DNA of 48,930 bases from a bacterium (GTDB lineage: Bacteria > Hinthialibacterota > Hinthialibacteria > Hinthialibacterales > Hinthialibacteraceae): assembly GCA_041946805.1 (NCBI GenBank), contig JBHGBC010000028.1, positions 1 through 48,930 on the forward strand, written 5' to 3'. Each line of letters opens with the position of its first letter. The first letter of the stretch is position 1. Positions 9,416 through 18,116 of the stretch are shown here, piece by piece. Under the pieces are notes generated by a model. That model was not told the origin of the DNA. It saw nothing but the letters and a program-made list of their open reading frames with translations, and made no database searches. A program made the position numbers and the translations under genes.

Positions 9416-10633
9416 TTGTTTTTTAACGCGGGAAGATCCAATTTGAAACGAATTCAATCCGGCTTATACGAGAAAGCCCTGCTCCTCGCCGCCTTTCCCT
9501 CCACCGTCGACCGTCTCCGCGCGCAGCATCAGGCCGAGGAGTTGAAAAACCTCGCCGCCACGGCCGGAGCGAGGGTCGTGGACTCCTGCGAGCAGCATTT
9601 GAAATCGATCAATCCCGCCACTTTCATCGGCAAGGGGAAACTGGAAGAGGTCAAGGAGCACATCGCCGCCCACGATCTCGACTTGATCCTTTTCAGCCAG
9701 GACCTCACCCCCGTCCAGCAACGCAACCTGGAACATGAGTTCAAGCGCCGCATTGTGGACCGCACCGAACTGATCCTTGACATTTTCGCCCAGCACGCCC
9801 AAAGCAAGGACGGCATGATCCAGGTGGAGCTGGCCCAGCTGCGCTATCTCCGTCCCCGCCTGACCGGCCGGGGGGTGATGCTTTCCCGGCTGGGCGGCGG
9901 CATCGGCACCCGCGGCCCCGGCGAAACCCAGCTCGAGGTGGACCGGCGGCGTATCGACCAGCGGATCGCGCGGCTGCGGCGGGAGTGGGAGAAGATCCGG
10001 GACGCGCGGCGGCTGCAGCGCAAGTCACGCCAGCGGCGCAATATCGCCACCGCCGTGCTGGTGGGCTATACCAACGCGGGAAAATCAACGCTGCTCAACC
10101 GGTTGACGGACGCCGCGGTCGTGGCGCGCGACCAGCTGTTTTCCACCCTCGACACCACCACCCGGCGGCTGTTTCTCCATGAGCATCAATCCGTCCTGCT
10201 GTCGGACACGGTGGGCTTCATATCCGACTTGCCTCAGCCCTTGCTGGCCGCGTTCCGGGCCACGCTGGAAGTCGTGGAAGAGGCCACCGTGTTGATTCAT
10301 GTCGCGGACGCCGCCTCGCCGTTCCTGGAAGAGCAGTTCCATGCCGTGCACGACGTGCTGTTAACCCTGGAATGTTCGCAAAAGCCGATTCTGACGGTAT
10401 TCAACAAGGTCGACCGCCTGGCCGGCGATTTGGTGCTGCGGGAATTCGAACGCCGGGTGAATCCCAGCGTGCGCTGTTCGGCCTTGAACGACGCGGATCT
10501 CTCTCCCTTCAAAACCGCGCTGGCCGAACTGCTCCAGCAAATCCCGAAGAATCCTCCTCCCCCGCCCCCGGACGAGCCATGGGAACAGGAAGAGGAAGAG
10601 GATACCCAATTCTCTTCGGATGTTCTTTATTGA
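9416..10633 (+). CDS. hflX: GTPase HflX
   Basis: GGGIGTRGPGETQLE, GYTNAGKSTL, LFSTLDTT, DTVGF and NKVD motifs; exact start uncertain. Confidence 0.95.
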   Translation: MFFNAGRSNLKRIQSGLYEKALLLAAFPSTVDRLRAQHQAEELKNLAATAGARVVDSCEQHLKSINPATFIGKGKLEEVKEHIAAHDLDLILFSQDLTPVQQRNLEHEFKRRIVDRTELILDIFAQHAQSKDGMIQVELAQLRYLRPRLTGRGVMLSRLGGGIGTRGPGETQLEVDRRRIDQRIARLRREWEKIRDARRLQRKSRQRRNIATAVLVGYTNAGKSTLLNRLTDAAVVARDQLFSTLDTTTRRLFLHEHQSVLLSDTVGFISDLPQPLLAAFRATLEVVEEATVLIHVADAASPFLEEQFHAVHDVLLTLECSQKPILTVFNKVDRLAGDLVLREFERRVNPSVRCSALNDADLSPFKTALAELLQQIPKNPPPPPPDEPWEQEEEEDTQFSSDVLY

Positions 10634-11037
10634 ACTTTTCCCATTCGGATCCATGGGGGACGGGCGCCAAGGTCCACCCCATCCAAAAACCCTCACCCTG
10701 GCCCTCTCCCAGAGGGAGAGGGAATTATTCCTCTTGTTGATCCTTTCGCCGTTATCGTCCTTTTCCCGGGAGATGCCGCGGGCGAGTTTCGGGCGGGCCA
10801 TTGGCGCTTGCGTCACGAAACTGAATACAGAGGAAGCATGGAATACGAAAACTCAACAAGACTGAATCCTTTTCCTGAAAAAGGATAGAAAGGGTGATCC
10901 AGAAAGCCTGATCCATCCGGAACGGGTCGCATCTTTTTGAAATTGCGCGCATTCGCTGGATACGCCGCTTCAGTTTTGCTATGTTGATGATCCAGACGTA
11001 TCAATCGCTTTGGTTGGATCCTCCTGGAGATATCGTC

Positions 11038-11865
11038 ATGATCCATTTCAAACTGTCAGTCTATTCAACTCTTTTTGTGGCCTTTTTTCTGATCCCTCTC
11101 CCACTGTCCGCGGAGCCTCCGCAATCCGCCGCCTGGGTTCCCATCCCGGAACTGACCGATGAATTCAATGGCGCGGCCCTGGATGCCACCAAGTGGTTCG
11201 ATCACAATCCCGGCTGGAAAGGCCGTCAACCGGGATTCTTTTCGCCGGGCAACGTCTCGGTCCATGACGGCATGCTCCACCTGACCGCCAAGGCCGAGAA
11301 CCTCCCCGGCCTGCCTGAAGGCTATCACACGTTCACCACCGCCGCCGTGCAAAGCAAAGCCCGGGTGAAATATGGGTATTTCGAGATTCGTTGCCAGCCG
11401 ATGAAATCCCGGGCCTCCAGCTCGTTCTGGTTTTATGACATCACTCCGGAAATCTGGACGGAAATCGATGTCTTCGAAATGGGCGCGTCGGCGCCTGGAC
11501 ATGAAAATAAATACCACATGAATGTCCACGTCTTCCACACGCCCACCTACAAGGGGACGGATGAAAAGCACCTGAGCTTTTCCCAGACCTGGGAAACGCC
11601 GTTCCCGCTGGCCGGTGACTTTCATGTGTACGCCTTGGAATGGGATGAGGAAAACATCAAGTGGCATGTCGACGGTCAGGTGGTCCGAACCCTGAAAAAC
11701 CAATATTGCCATCAAGCCTTGACGCTCAACTTCGATTCGGAAACCATGCCGGATTGGTTCGGCTTGCCGGATGCCGGTACCCTGCCCGCCACCTACCGCA
11801 TCGATTACGTCCGCTCCTGGAAAAAAGCCGAGGCTCAAAAGACGTCCAACGCCTCCCAGCCTTGA
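11038..11865 (+). CDS. Secreted glycoside hydrolase family 16
   Basis: Signal peptide; DEFNG..LD..KW, YGYFEIR, catalytic EIDVFE, FHVYALEW and IDYVR motifs; GGAGA RBS before ATG 11038. Confidence 0.9.
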   Translation: MIHFKLSVYSTLFVAFFLIPLPLSAEPPQSAAWVPIPELTDEFNGAALDATKWFDHNPGWKGRQPGFFSPGNVSVHDGMLHLTAKAENLPGLPEGYHTFTTAAVQSKARVKYGYFEIRCQPMKSRASSSFWFYDITPEIWTEIDVFEMGASAPGHENKYHMNVHVFHTPTYKGTDEKHLSFSQTWETPFPLAGDFHVYALEWDEENIKWHVDGQVVRTLKNQYCHQALTLNFDSETMPDWFGLPDAGTLPATYRIDYVRSWKKAEAQKTSNASQP

Positions 11866-12167
11866 TGGTCTTGTGACCAAGGGACTGTTCGTTTTAATAG
11901 GAATTTTCGTTACAATATTCCCGGTTCTGTTTAGAACAAAAAACACTTGTAACTGTTTACCTGATCGCAGAATATCGTGAATGGATTGCCTCCTTGCAGG
12001 TCTTCCCTCACCCTGATCCTCTTCCAGAGGGAGAGGGGATTAATTGCTCTTCTTTTATTCCTCCCAGGGCTTATGCCCTGCGCTATACATATGCCGCGCC
12101 GAAGGCGCTCAAATGCTGAACCGCAAACCGGTAAATAGTTTCAAACCCTTTACGCGAGGCCAAACTC

Positions 12168-13376
12168 ATGACTGCTGATACCAACCGCCGTTCCTTTATC
12201 AAGCGCAGCGGACTGCTTGCCGGGGCCTCCTATTGGAGCGCCAAACGGATCGCCGCCGCCGCGTCCTCCCGCACCTACAAGGCCGCCGTCATCGGCCGCA
12301 CGGGGGGAGGGGATTACGGGCATGGGCTCGATACCATCTTCAACGGCCTCGAGAACGTCACCCTGGCGGCCGTGGCCGACGCGGATCCCGAGGGGCTTAA
12401 GGCCGCCGCGCAACGCACCGGAGCGCCGCGGCCGTACCTCGACTTCCACGAAATGCTGGAAAAGGAAAAGCCCGATCTGGTCAGCATCGCCTCCCGCCAG
12501 CCCGATTGCCACCGCGAAATGGCCCTGGCCGCCCTCGAGGCCGGCGCGCATCTTTACATCGAGAAGCCCCTCACCGAGTTTCCCCGCGAAGCCGACGACA
12601 TCCTCGCCGCCGCCCAAAAGCGTGGACTGAAAATCGCCGTGGCGCACACCCGGCGCTTCATGGACCATTTCTTGATTATCGAGCAGCTTATCCGCGAGGA
12701 GTATTTCGGACAGATCCTCGAGTTCCGTTTCCAGGGCAAGCAGGACGCGCGGGCGGGCGGGGAAGACCTGATCGTTCTCGGCTCGCACGACATGGATATT
12801 ATGCGCTTCTTCCTGCGCGCCGATCCCCTGTGGTGTTTCGCGTCGGTCACGGTGGGCGGCCGGGACGCCACCCCCGCCGATGTCCGCCGCGGCCAGGAGC
12901 CTTACACCGTGGCGGGTGACACCATCCGCGCCGAGTATCAATTCCCCGGCAACATTCTCTTCCGGTGGTCGTCGGTGAAAGGCAGCCCCGAATGGAACCA
13001 GAATTTCGCGTTCCTGGATAAAAAACTGTCCAAGTGGGGATTCGAACTCTTCGGCACGAAACGGATTTTGACCTTCCAGGAAAGCGTGGGCGCGTTCGTG
13101 CTCGATGCCCCGTTCCTGGCCCTGATGGATCCCGGTTTAGCGTGGAAGCCGCTGGATGCGGTGCGGAAATTGACCAAGCCGGAAGTCCTCACGCATCCCA
13201 TCCGCGATTTGATCCACGCCATCGAAACCGATACACAACCCCACTGCGGCGGCGAGGACGCCCGCTGGGCAGTGGAAATGGTCTGCGCGGTCTATCACTC
13301 GCACAAGGCCCAGGCGCGCGTACCCTTCCCCCTGAAGGACCGCGAGCATCCCCTGCGGGATTGGAAGGATTCTTGA
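12168..13376 (+). CDS. Gfo/Idh/MocA oxidoreductase with Tat signal
   Basis: NRRSFIK twin-arginine leader; HLYIEKP motif; Rossmann-like N-terminus. Confidence 0.88.
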   Translation: MTADTNRRSFIKRSGLLAGASYWSAKRIAAAASSRTYKAAVIGRTGGGDYGHGLDTIFNGLENVTLAAVADADPEGLKAAAQRTGAPRPYLDFHEMLEKEKPDLVSIASRQPDCHREMALAALEAGAHLYIEKPLTEFPREADDILAAAQKRGLKIAVAHTRRFMDHFLIIEQLIREEYFGQILEFRFQGKQDARAGGEDLIVLGSHDMDIMRFFLRADPLWCFASVTVGGRDATPADVRRGQEPYTVAGDTIRAEYQFPGNILFRWSSVKGSPEWNQNFAFLDKKLSKWGFELFGTKRILTFQESVGAFVLDAPFLALMDPGLAWKPLDAVRKLTKPEVLTHPIRDLIHAIETDTQPHCGGEDARWAVEMVCAVYHSHKAQARVPFPLKDREHPLRDWKDS

Positions 13377-13975
13377 AAATGGTGGATGGGTTACCGCGAC
13401 CGCGCGTAATCCATCATGAGGCGAGGCGGACTTTGGTGTACGGCCTGGCAAGATCCAGGGTGGTTGGATTGCCGCGATATTCACCACCATCCAGGCTATC
13501 TTTTCCGTCCTGAGTCAAACAAATCGCCCATGGCCTCTCTTCCAACATTCCCTCTCCCCCCGGGAGAGGGCCAGGGTGAGGGAACACCTTTACTCGACTC
13601 ATCCCCCTCACCTGCAGTGCCTATACCCCTGCTCATCCCCAGCGCCCCTTTCAAGGGGCCGCGGATTCGTTGTTCCGGATTCAATCCCGGAACTCCTCGT
13701 AGGGCATTTTAAATTAGCCCAGGGCTTCAGCCCTGGGAAATATCTTGGCAAACAGGTAAATTGAAACAATCCCCGCCGGGGATTCCATTTGAGTAGCTGC
13801 GGGTTTTAACCTACGGCATGCCTTGAAGGAATCCAGGAATAATAGTAGGTTGGAAAGACTTCTATCCAATGGGGATCCGGACCTTGCAGGCCCTGAAAAC
13901 CGGGAATCGCCCTCCCCTGGGGTTGGATTCAAATGCGAATGTACGAAATAAGTAGATAAGGAAAGGAGTAGTACC

Positions 13976-15019
13976 ATGGCACAAGCGGTATTTCACGCAA
14001 GCATCGAGGGAGCGCAGCACGGTCCCAAGGGCCTCGAGGGATTTCTGGATTTCGCCAAGAAAGCCGGCGCGGCGGGCGCCCAACCTTCCAACTTCATGCT
14101 GGAAGACGGCCAAGGCGGCTTCAAAAGCGTGGACGAAATCAAGGATGCCTTCGCTTCCCGGGGGTTGAAACTGGACGGCATCTCCACCCACTGCCCCTTC
14201 TGGGTCCACACCACCGCCTGGACCGGCAGCCCGACCATCCGTCCCTTCATCCCTGCCACTCTCCACAACGAAGCCCCAGCCAAAATCGAACAATGGGCGG
14301 AAACGTATGTACTGAAAGCGCTCGACCTGGCCGCCGCGCTGGGCGTCAAGGTCGTTCCCATGTTCTGGGGCGCGGCCTACGGCTGGGAGATGGCCACCGG
14401 CTATCCCTGGGGATTCTTCGCGGGCCCCGGCTATGACCTCCTGAAGCAGGGCGACGAGCGTTTTATCACCAAGACCGCCAAGATCCGCCAGCACGCCAAC
14501 TCCCTGGGCATTGTGCTGTGCCATGAAATCCACCCGGGAACCGCCGCCATGTGCGCCGATGATTTTCTGCGCCTGGTGAAGATCTGCGGCAACGACAAGT
14601 GCCTGGGCGTCAACGTCGATCCCTCCCACTGCTGGGAAGGCGAAAGCTGGGAAACCCGTTTCCTGAAAGTGGCTGACTACTGCTATGGATGCCATGTGAA
14701 GAACCATGTGGTCCGCCCCGGTTTCCCCCTCCGCGCCATGGAAAGTGATTGGAAAAAGCGTTCCATGCAATTCACCGACCTGCCCTCCGGCGATATCAAC
14801 ATGACCCGCTTTGTCGAATTGATGCTGGCCGTCGGGTATCCGCAGAAATACCTCAGCAAGATGGGCTCCGGCACGGCTCCCCTCGTCGTCGAGGCCGAGA
14901 GCGCCCACCGCGACGGCGACGCCACCAGCGTCAACGGCATTCAGTTCGTCCGCGACAAACTCTGCTTTCCCGCCGCCGCCGGTTCCTTCGAAGACGGCAT
15001 GGGCGCGGAAAAAGCGTAA
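13976..15019 (+). CDS. Sugar phosphate isomerase/epimerase (xylose-isomerase-like TIM barrel)
   Basis: CHEIHPG, NVDPSH, CHVK and VEAE metal ligands; AAGGAG RBS. Confidence 0.85.
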   Translation: MAQAVFHASIEGAQHGPKGLEGFLDFAKKAGAAGAQPSNFMLEDGQGGFKSVDEIKDAFASRGLKLDGISTHCPFWVHTTAWTGSPTIRPFIPATLHNEAPAKIEQWAETYVLKALDLAAALGVKVVPMFWGAAYGWEMATGYPWGFFAGPGYDLLKQGDERFITKTAKIRQHANSLGIVLCHEIHPGTAAMCADDFLRLVKICGNDKCLGVNVDPSHCWEGESWETRFLKVADYCYGCHVKNHVVRPGFPLRAMESDWKKRSMQFTDLPSGDINMTRFVELMLAVGYPQKYLSKMGSGTAPLVVEAESAHRDGDATSVNGIQFVRDKLCFPAAAGSFEDGMGAEKA

Positions 15020-15056
15020 TCGCCGAAGCACGAGCGCAAGCACGAAAGCGAAACCC

Positions 15057-15094
15057 GCGGGGCGCTTTTCCCACGAAAAGCGCCCCGCTTTTTC
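15057..15094 (+). terminator. Intrinsic terminator
   Basis: GCGGGGCGCTTTTC-CCAC-GAAAAGCGCCCCGC (14-bp stem) followed by TTTTT. Confidence 0.8.
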
Positions 15095-15302
15095 TTATTT
15101 CGACTCTTACTAATTCCCTTTCCCTCTGGAAGAGGGGCAGGGTGAGGGTAGTGGTAGGATGGGTTAGCGTGGCGTAACCCATCAAAATCCCTTCGATTTT
15201 CTATTTCCCACTCCCTCTGGGAGAGGGGCAGGGTGAGGGAAAACGTGGATGTGATGGTATAACATATTGATATGATCATCATTCATTGAATTGGTATAAT
15301 CC

Positions 15303-16367
15303 ATGAATAACAACCTTCCTCCCCGTCACGATATCCCCTCCTTCTGGCGTCCCCACACGCTGGACACTATATTCCTGCACCTGGGCGAAAATCCCTTTTC
15401 TCCCACCGGCCGGGTCCAGCAAGCCATCGCCGAAGCCGCCCGCCACGCCAACCGCTACCCCGACACCAACGGCCTCGCTCTCCGCGTCCGGCTGGCCGAG
15501 TATGTGGACCATGGGCTTAGGCCGGAGAACATTCTCCTGGGCAACGGCTCGGATGAACTCATCGACCTGGCCGTGGTGGCCTTCGCCGATCCTTCCCGCC
15601 CCGTGGCGACCTTCGAGCCTTCCTTTTTCGTTTACGCCTTCGCCGCCCAACGCCATGGCATTCCGGTGCTAACTCTGGAAAGGGCGGGAGATTGCGCACT
15701 ACCCCCGTGCGCTTCCGCTTTGTCCATGGTGAAGAACGAGGCTGTTTCACTCACCTTCATCGCCAATCCCAACAATCCCACGGGAACCCTGACGCCCCGC
15801 GGCCGGCTCGTGGAGTATCTCGACCAATGGCCGGGGATCGTGACCGTGGACGAATGCTATTTCGAGTTTTGTGGCGAGACGGTGGTGGACCTGATCCCAC
15901 AGCATGAGAATCTGCTCATCATCCGCAGCCTGTCCAAGAGTTTCGGTCTTTCCGGACTGCGGCTGGGATATGCCGTGGGCCAGGAGAAAACCGTGGACAT
16001 CCTGGCCCGCCACGCCATGACCTTTCCCGTCAACGCCCTTGCCCAGGCGGCCGGCCTTGCCGCGCTCGAGGAGGTGGAAATCCACCGGGAACGGATCCGC
16101 GGACTAATCCAGGCGCGCGCGATCCTGCGGCGGGACCTGGAAGCCCTCGGCCTGGAGGTGTTGCCCTCTCACGCCAATTTTCTGCTTACCTTATGGCCGG
16201 AAACTCCGCCGGACCGTCATCCCGCCCGCTTACTGGCGGAGCGGGGAATCCTGGTTTCCGATCAATCCGCCGCATTGAACCTGGGCCGACCTGCCCTCCG
16301 CCTGGCCCTCGGCACGCCGGACGAAAACCGCCGCCTGCTGGAAGCCGTTCGGGATTTGTTAGGGTAA
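15303..16367 (+). CDS. PLP-dependent class I/II aminotransferase (HisC/CobD-like)
   Basis: GENPF, GNGSDE, NPNNPTG, DECY and RSLSKSFGLSGLRLGY; no his genes nearby, so substrate uncertain. Confidence 0.85.
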   Translation: MNNNLPPRHDIPSFWRPHTLDTIFLHLGENPFSPTGRVQQAIAEAARHANRYPDTNGLALRVRLAEYVDHGLRPENILLGNGSDELIDLAVVAFADPSRPVATFEPSFFVYAFAAQRHGIPVLTLERAGDCALPPCASALSMVKNEAVSLTFIANPNNPTGTLTPRGRLVEYLDQWPGIVTVDECYFEFCGETVVDLIPQHENLLIIRSLSKSFGLSGLRLGYAVGQEKTVDILARHAMTFPVNALAQAAGLAALEEVEIHRERIRGLIQARAILRRDLEALGLEVLPSHANFLLTLWPETPPDRHPARLLAERGILVSDQSAALNLGRPALRLALGTPDENRRLLEAVRDLLG

Positions 16368-16762
16368 TCAACCACCGCCCTTCATTGCAGGGACACGTGG
16401 CAATGTGCCCTGTTTCCATAGGCCCACGGAAATCAATTATCCTTGGACTGACTCTTCCCTCTTATCCCTCATCCTATCCCTTTCATTCGCGCCTTTCGTG
16501 TCTCTCTCCACACCTTCCGCGTCCCGATGGTGAATTTCGATACTCACTCTACCCAAATCAGTTAGAATTTTTTTGCAAACCCTGCGATACATTATAAAAT
16601 ATATAAAGAAAGTAGTATTTTTTCTGTATTCACCCATACGATTTTTTTTCAACATGCTCATTTTATTGAGTTTGATGCACCATCAAAACAGCGTTGAGCC
16701 CTTGATTTTAGAAAGATTATCAATATTATTATATTTATATCAAGCACGGAGGTCACAAACCA

Positions 16763-17497
16763 GTGGTTACGCGACGCCAATTTGTCACATCGTGCAGCGG
16801 ACTTCTCGCCGTCGGCTTCGTTTCCCTTGGAAATGGACGGCAAGCCCTCGCCGCGGATGAGACAAAAAAATCCGATACACCCAATATGGAGGAAAAATCC
16901 ATGCCCCACGTATTGCCGCCGTTACCGTATGATTACAACGCCCTGGAACCCCACATCGACGAGCAGACCATGCGCCTGCACCACGACAAACATCATCAAA
17001 GCTATGTGGACGGTCTCAACAACGCGGAAAAGAAACTCGAAGAAGCCCGCAAATCGGGTGATTTCGCCGCGGTCAAGCATCTCTCCCGCGAGTTGGCCTT
17101 CCACGGTTCCGGCCATTTCCTGCACAGCATTTTTTGGGAAATCATGAGCCCCAAGGGGGGTGGCAAGCCCTCCGGCGATATCGCCAAGGCGATCGACAAG
17201 GCTTTCGGCGGTTATGACGCGTTCGCGGCGCAGTTCCAGGCGGCGTCCAACGCCGTGGAAGGCTCCGGCTGGGGCATCCTGGCTTATCAGCCGCAGGTGG
17301 ACAACCTGGTGATTCTGCAGTCGGAAAAGCACCAGAACCTCACGCAATGGGGCGTCGTTCCCCTGCTGGTGCTCGATGTGTGGGAACACGCGTATTACCT
17401 GAAATACCAGAACCGGCGTCCGGAATACACCAAGGCGTTCTTCAATGTGATCAATTGGGAAGAAGTGAACAAGCGGTATCAAGACGCCAAAGCGTAA
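16763..17497 (+). CDS. Fe/Mn superoxide dismutase with Tat-like leader (alternative internal start at 16901)
   Basis: LPYDYNALEPHI, HHDKHH, GHFLHSIFW, GSGW and DVWEHAYY motifs; TRRQFV leader. Confidence 0.95.
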   Translation: MVTRRQFVTSCSGLLAVGFVSLGNGRQALAADETKKSDTPNMEEKSMPHVLPPLPYDYNALEPHIDEQTMRLHHDKHHQSYVDGLNNAEKKLEEARKSGDFAAVKHLSRELAFHGSGHFLHSIFWEIMSPKGGGKPSGDIAKAIDKAFGGYDAFAAQFQAASNAVEGSGWGILAYQPQVDNLVILQSEKHQNLTQWGVVPLLVLDVWEHAYYLKYQNRRPEYTKAFFNVINWEEVNKRYQDAKA

Positions 17498-17519
17498 TTC
17501 ATTAGTCGATCGTCATTCC

Positions 17520-17560
17520 AGGACCGGAAGTCCCCTTGGGGCGCCGGTCCTTTTTCTTTT
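17520..17560 (+). terminator. Intrinsic terminator after the SOD gene
   Basis: AGGACCGG...CCGGTCCT stem followed by TTTTCTTTT. Confidence 0.7.
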
Positions 17561-17602
17561 GGGGCATCCAATATGTGATGTAGCGGTTAAAAGTGATAAT
17601 TA

Positions 17603-17948
17603 GATTCATCCGGCTAGTGAGTACCTGCTGGTGAAAAAGGCCTTTCATCCACTCGCTGATCCGGGTGGACACCCAGGTCCGGCATAACCAAAATTCCCTC
17701 ACCCTGGCCCTCTCCCAGAGGGAGAGGGGATTAGAGGATTGATTTCCCCGGCCAGCCCGATGGAAAAGTGGCCTGGTGGGGAAAAAAAAGTACTCACTGA
17801 CGCTCCGGCAAAAAGTGAAAATACAACTGATATGTTTTATACATTGTGGTGCAGGCATCCTGCCTGCAATCCTATATTGCGCAGACAAGATGTCTGCACC
17901 ACCATCAAGAGACTTTTTGCCGCTCCGTCCTCACTTACCGGATGAACC
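17603..17948. mobile_element. MITE-like element with imperfect terminal inverted repeats and TTA target duplication
   Basis: Left GATTCATCCGGCTAGTGAG, right CTCACTTACCGGATGAACC; TTA at 17600-17602 and 17949-17951; non-coding; contains REP-like hairpins. Confidence 0.6.
17846..17902. repeat. Inverted REP doublet (REPIN-like)
   Basis: GTGGTGCAGGCATCCTGCCTGC, 13-nt spacer, then GCAGACAAGATGTCTGCACCAC in inverted orientation. Confidence 0.65.
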
Positions 17949-18116
17949 TTATAAGTTCTGATTCTACACAAAGATTTACACTCTGCGTTGATGATTACCC
18001 CTTGAATCGGGTGGGCCTCCGGCAACGTACCTTTTATCCCGCCGGAATTGGGCGCGCGTATCCTGTCTTCACGCGATTTGATATTTATGCAAAATAAAAC
18101 GGAAGGAGAATCGCCC

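Noticed and set aside
10620..10865. Small ORFs sharing LTLALSQRER / PHPGPLP / SLWERARVR peptides
   Set aside because: These are translations of the CCCTCACCC DNA repeat, not a protein family
15303..16367. Assigning the symbol hisC
   Set aside because: Family is clear, but there is no his operon context; it could be a CobD-like or other paralog
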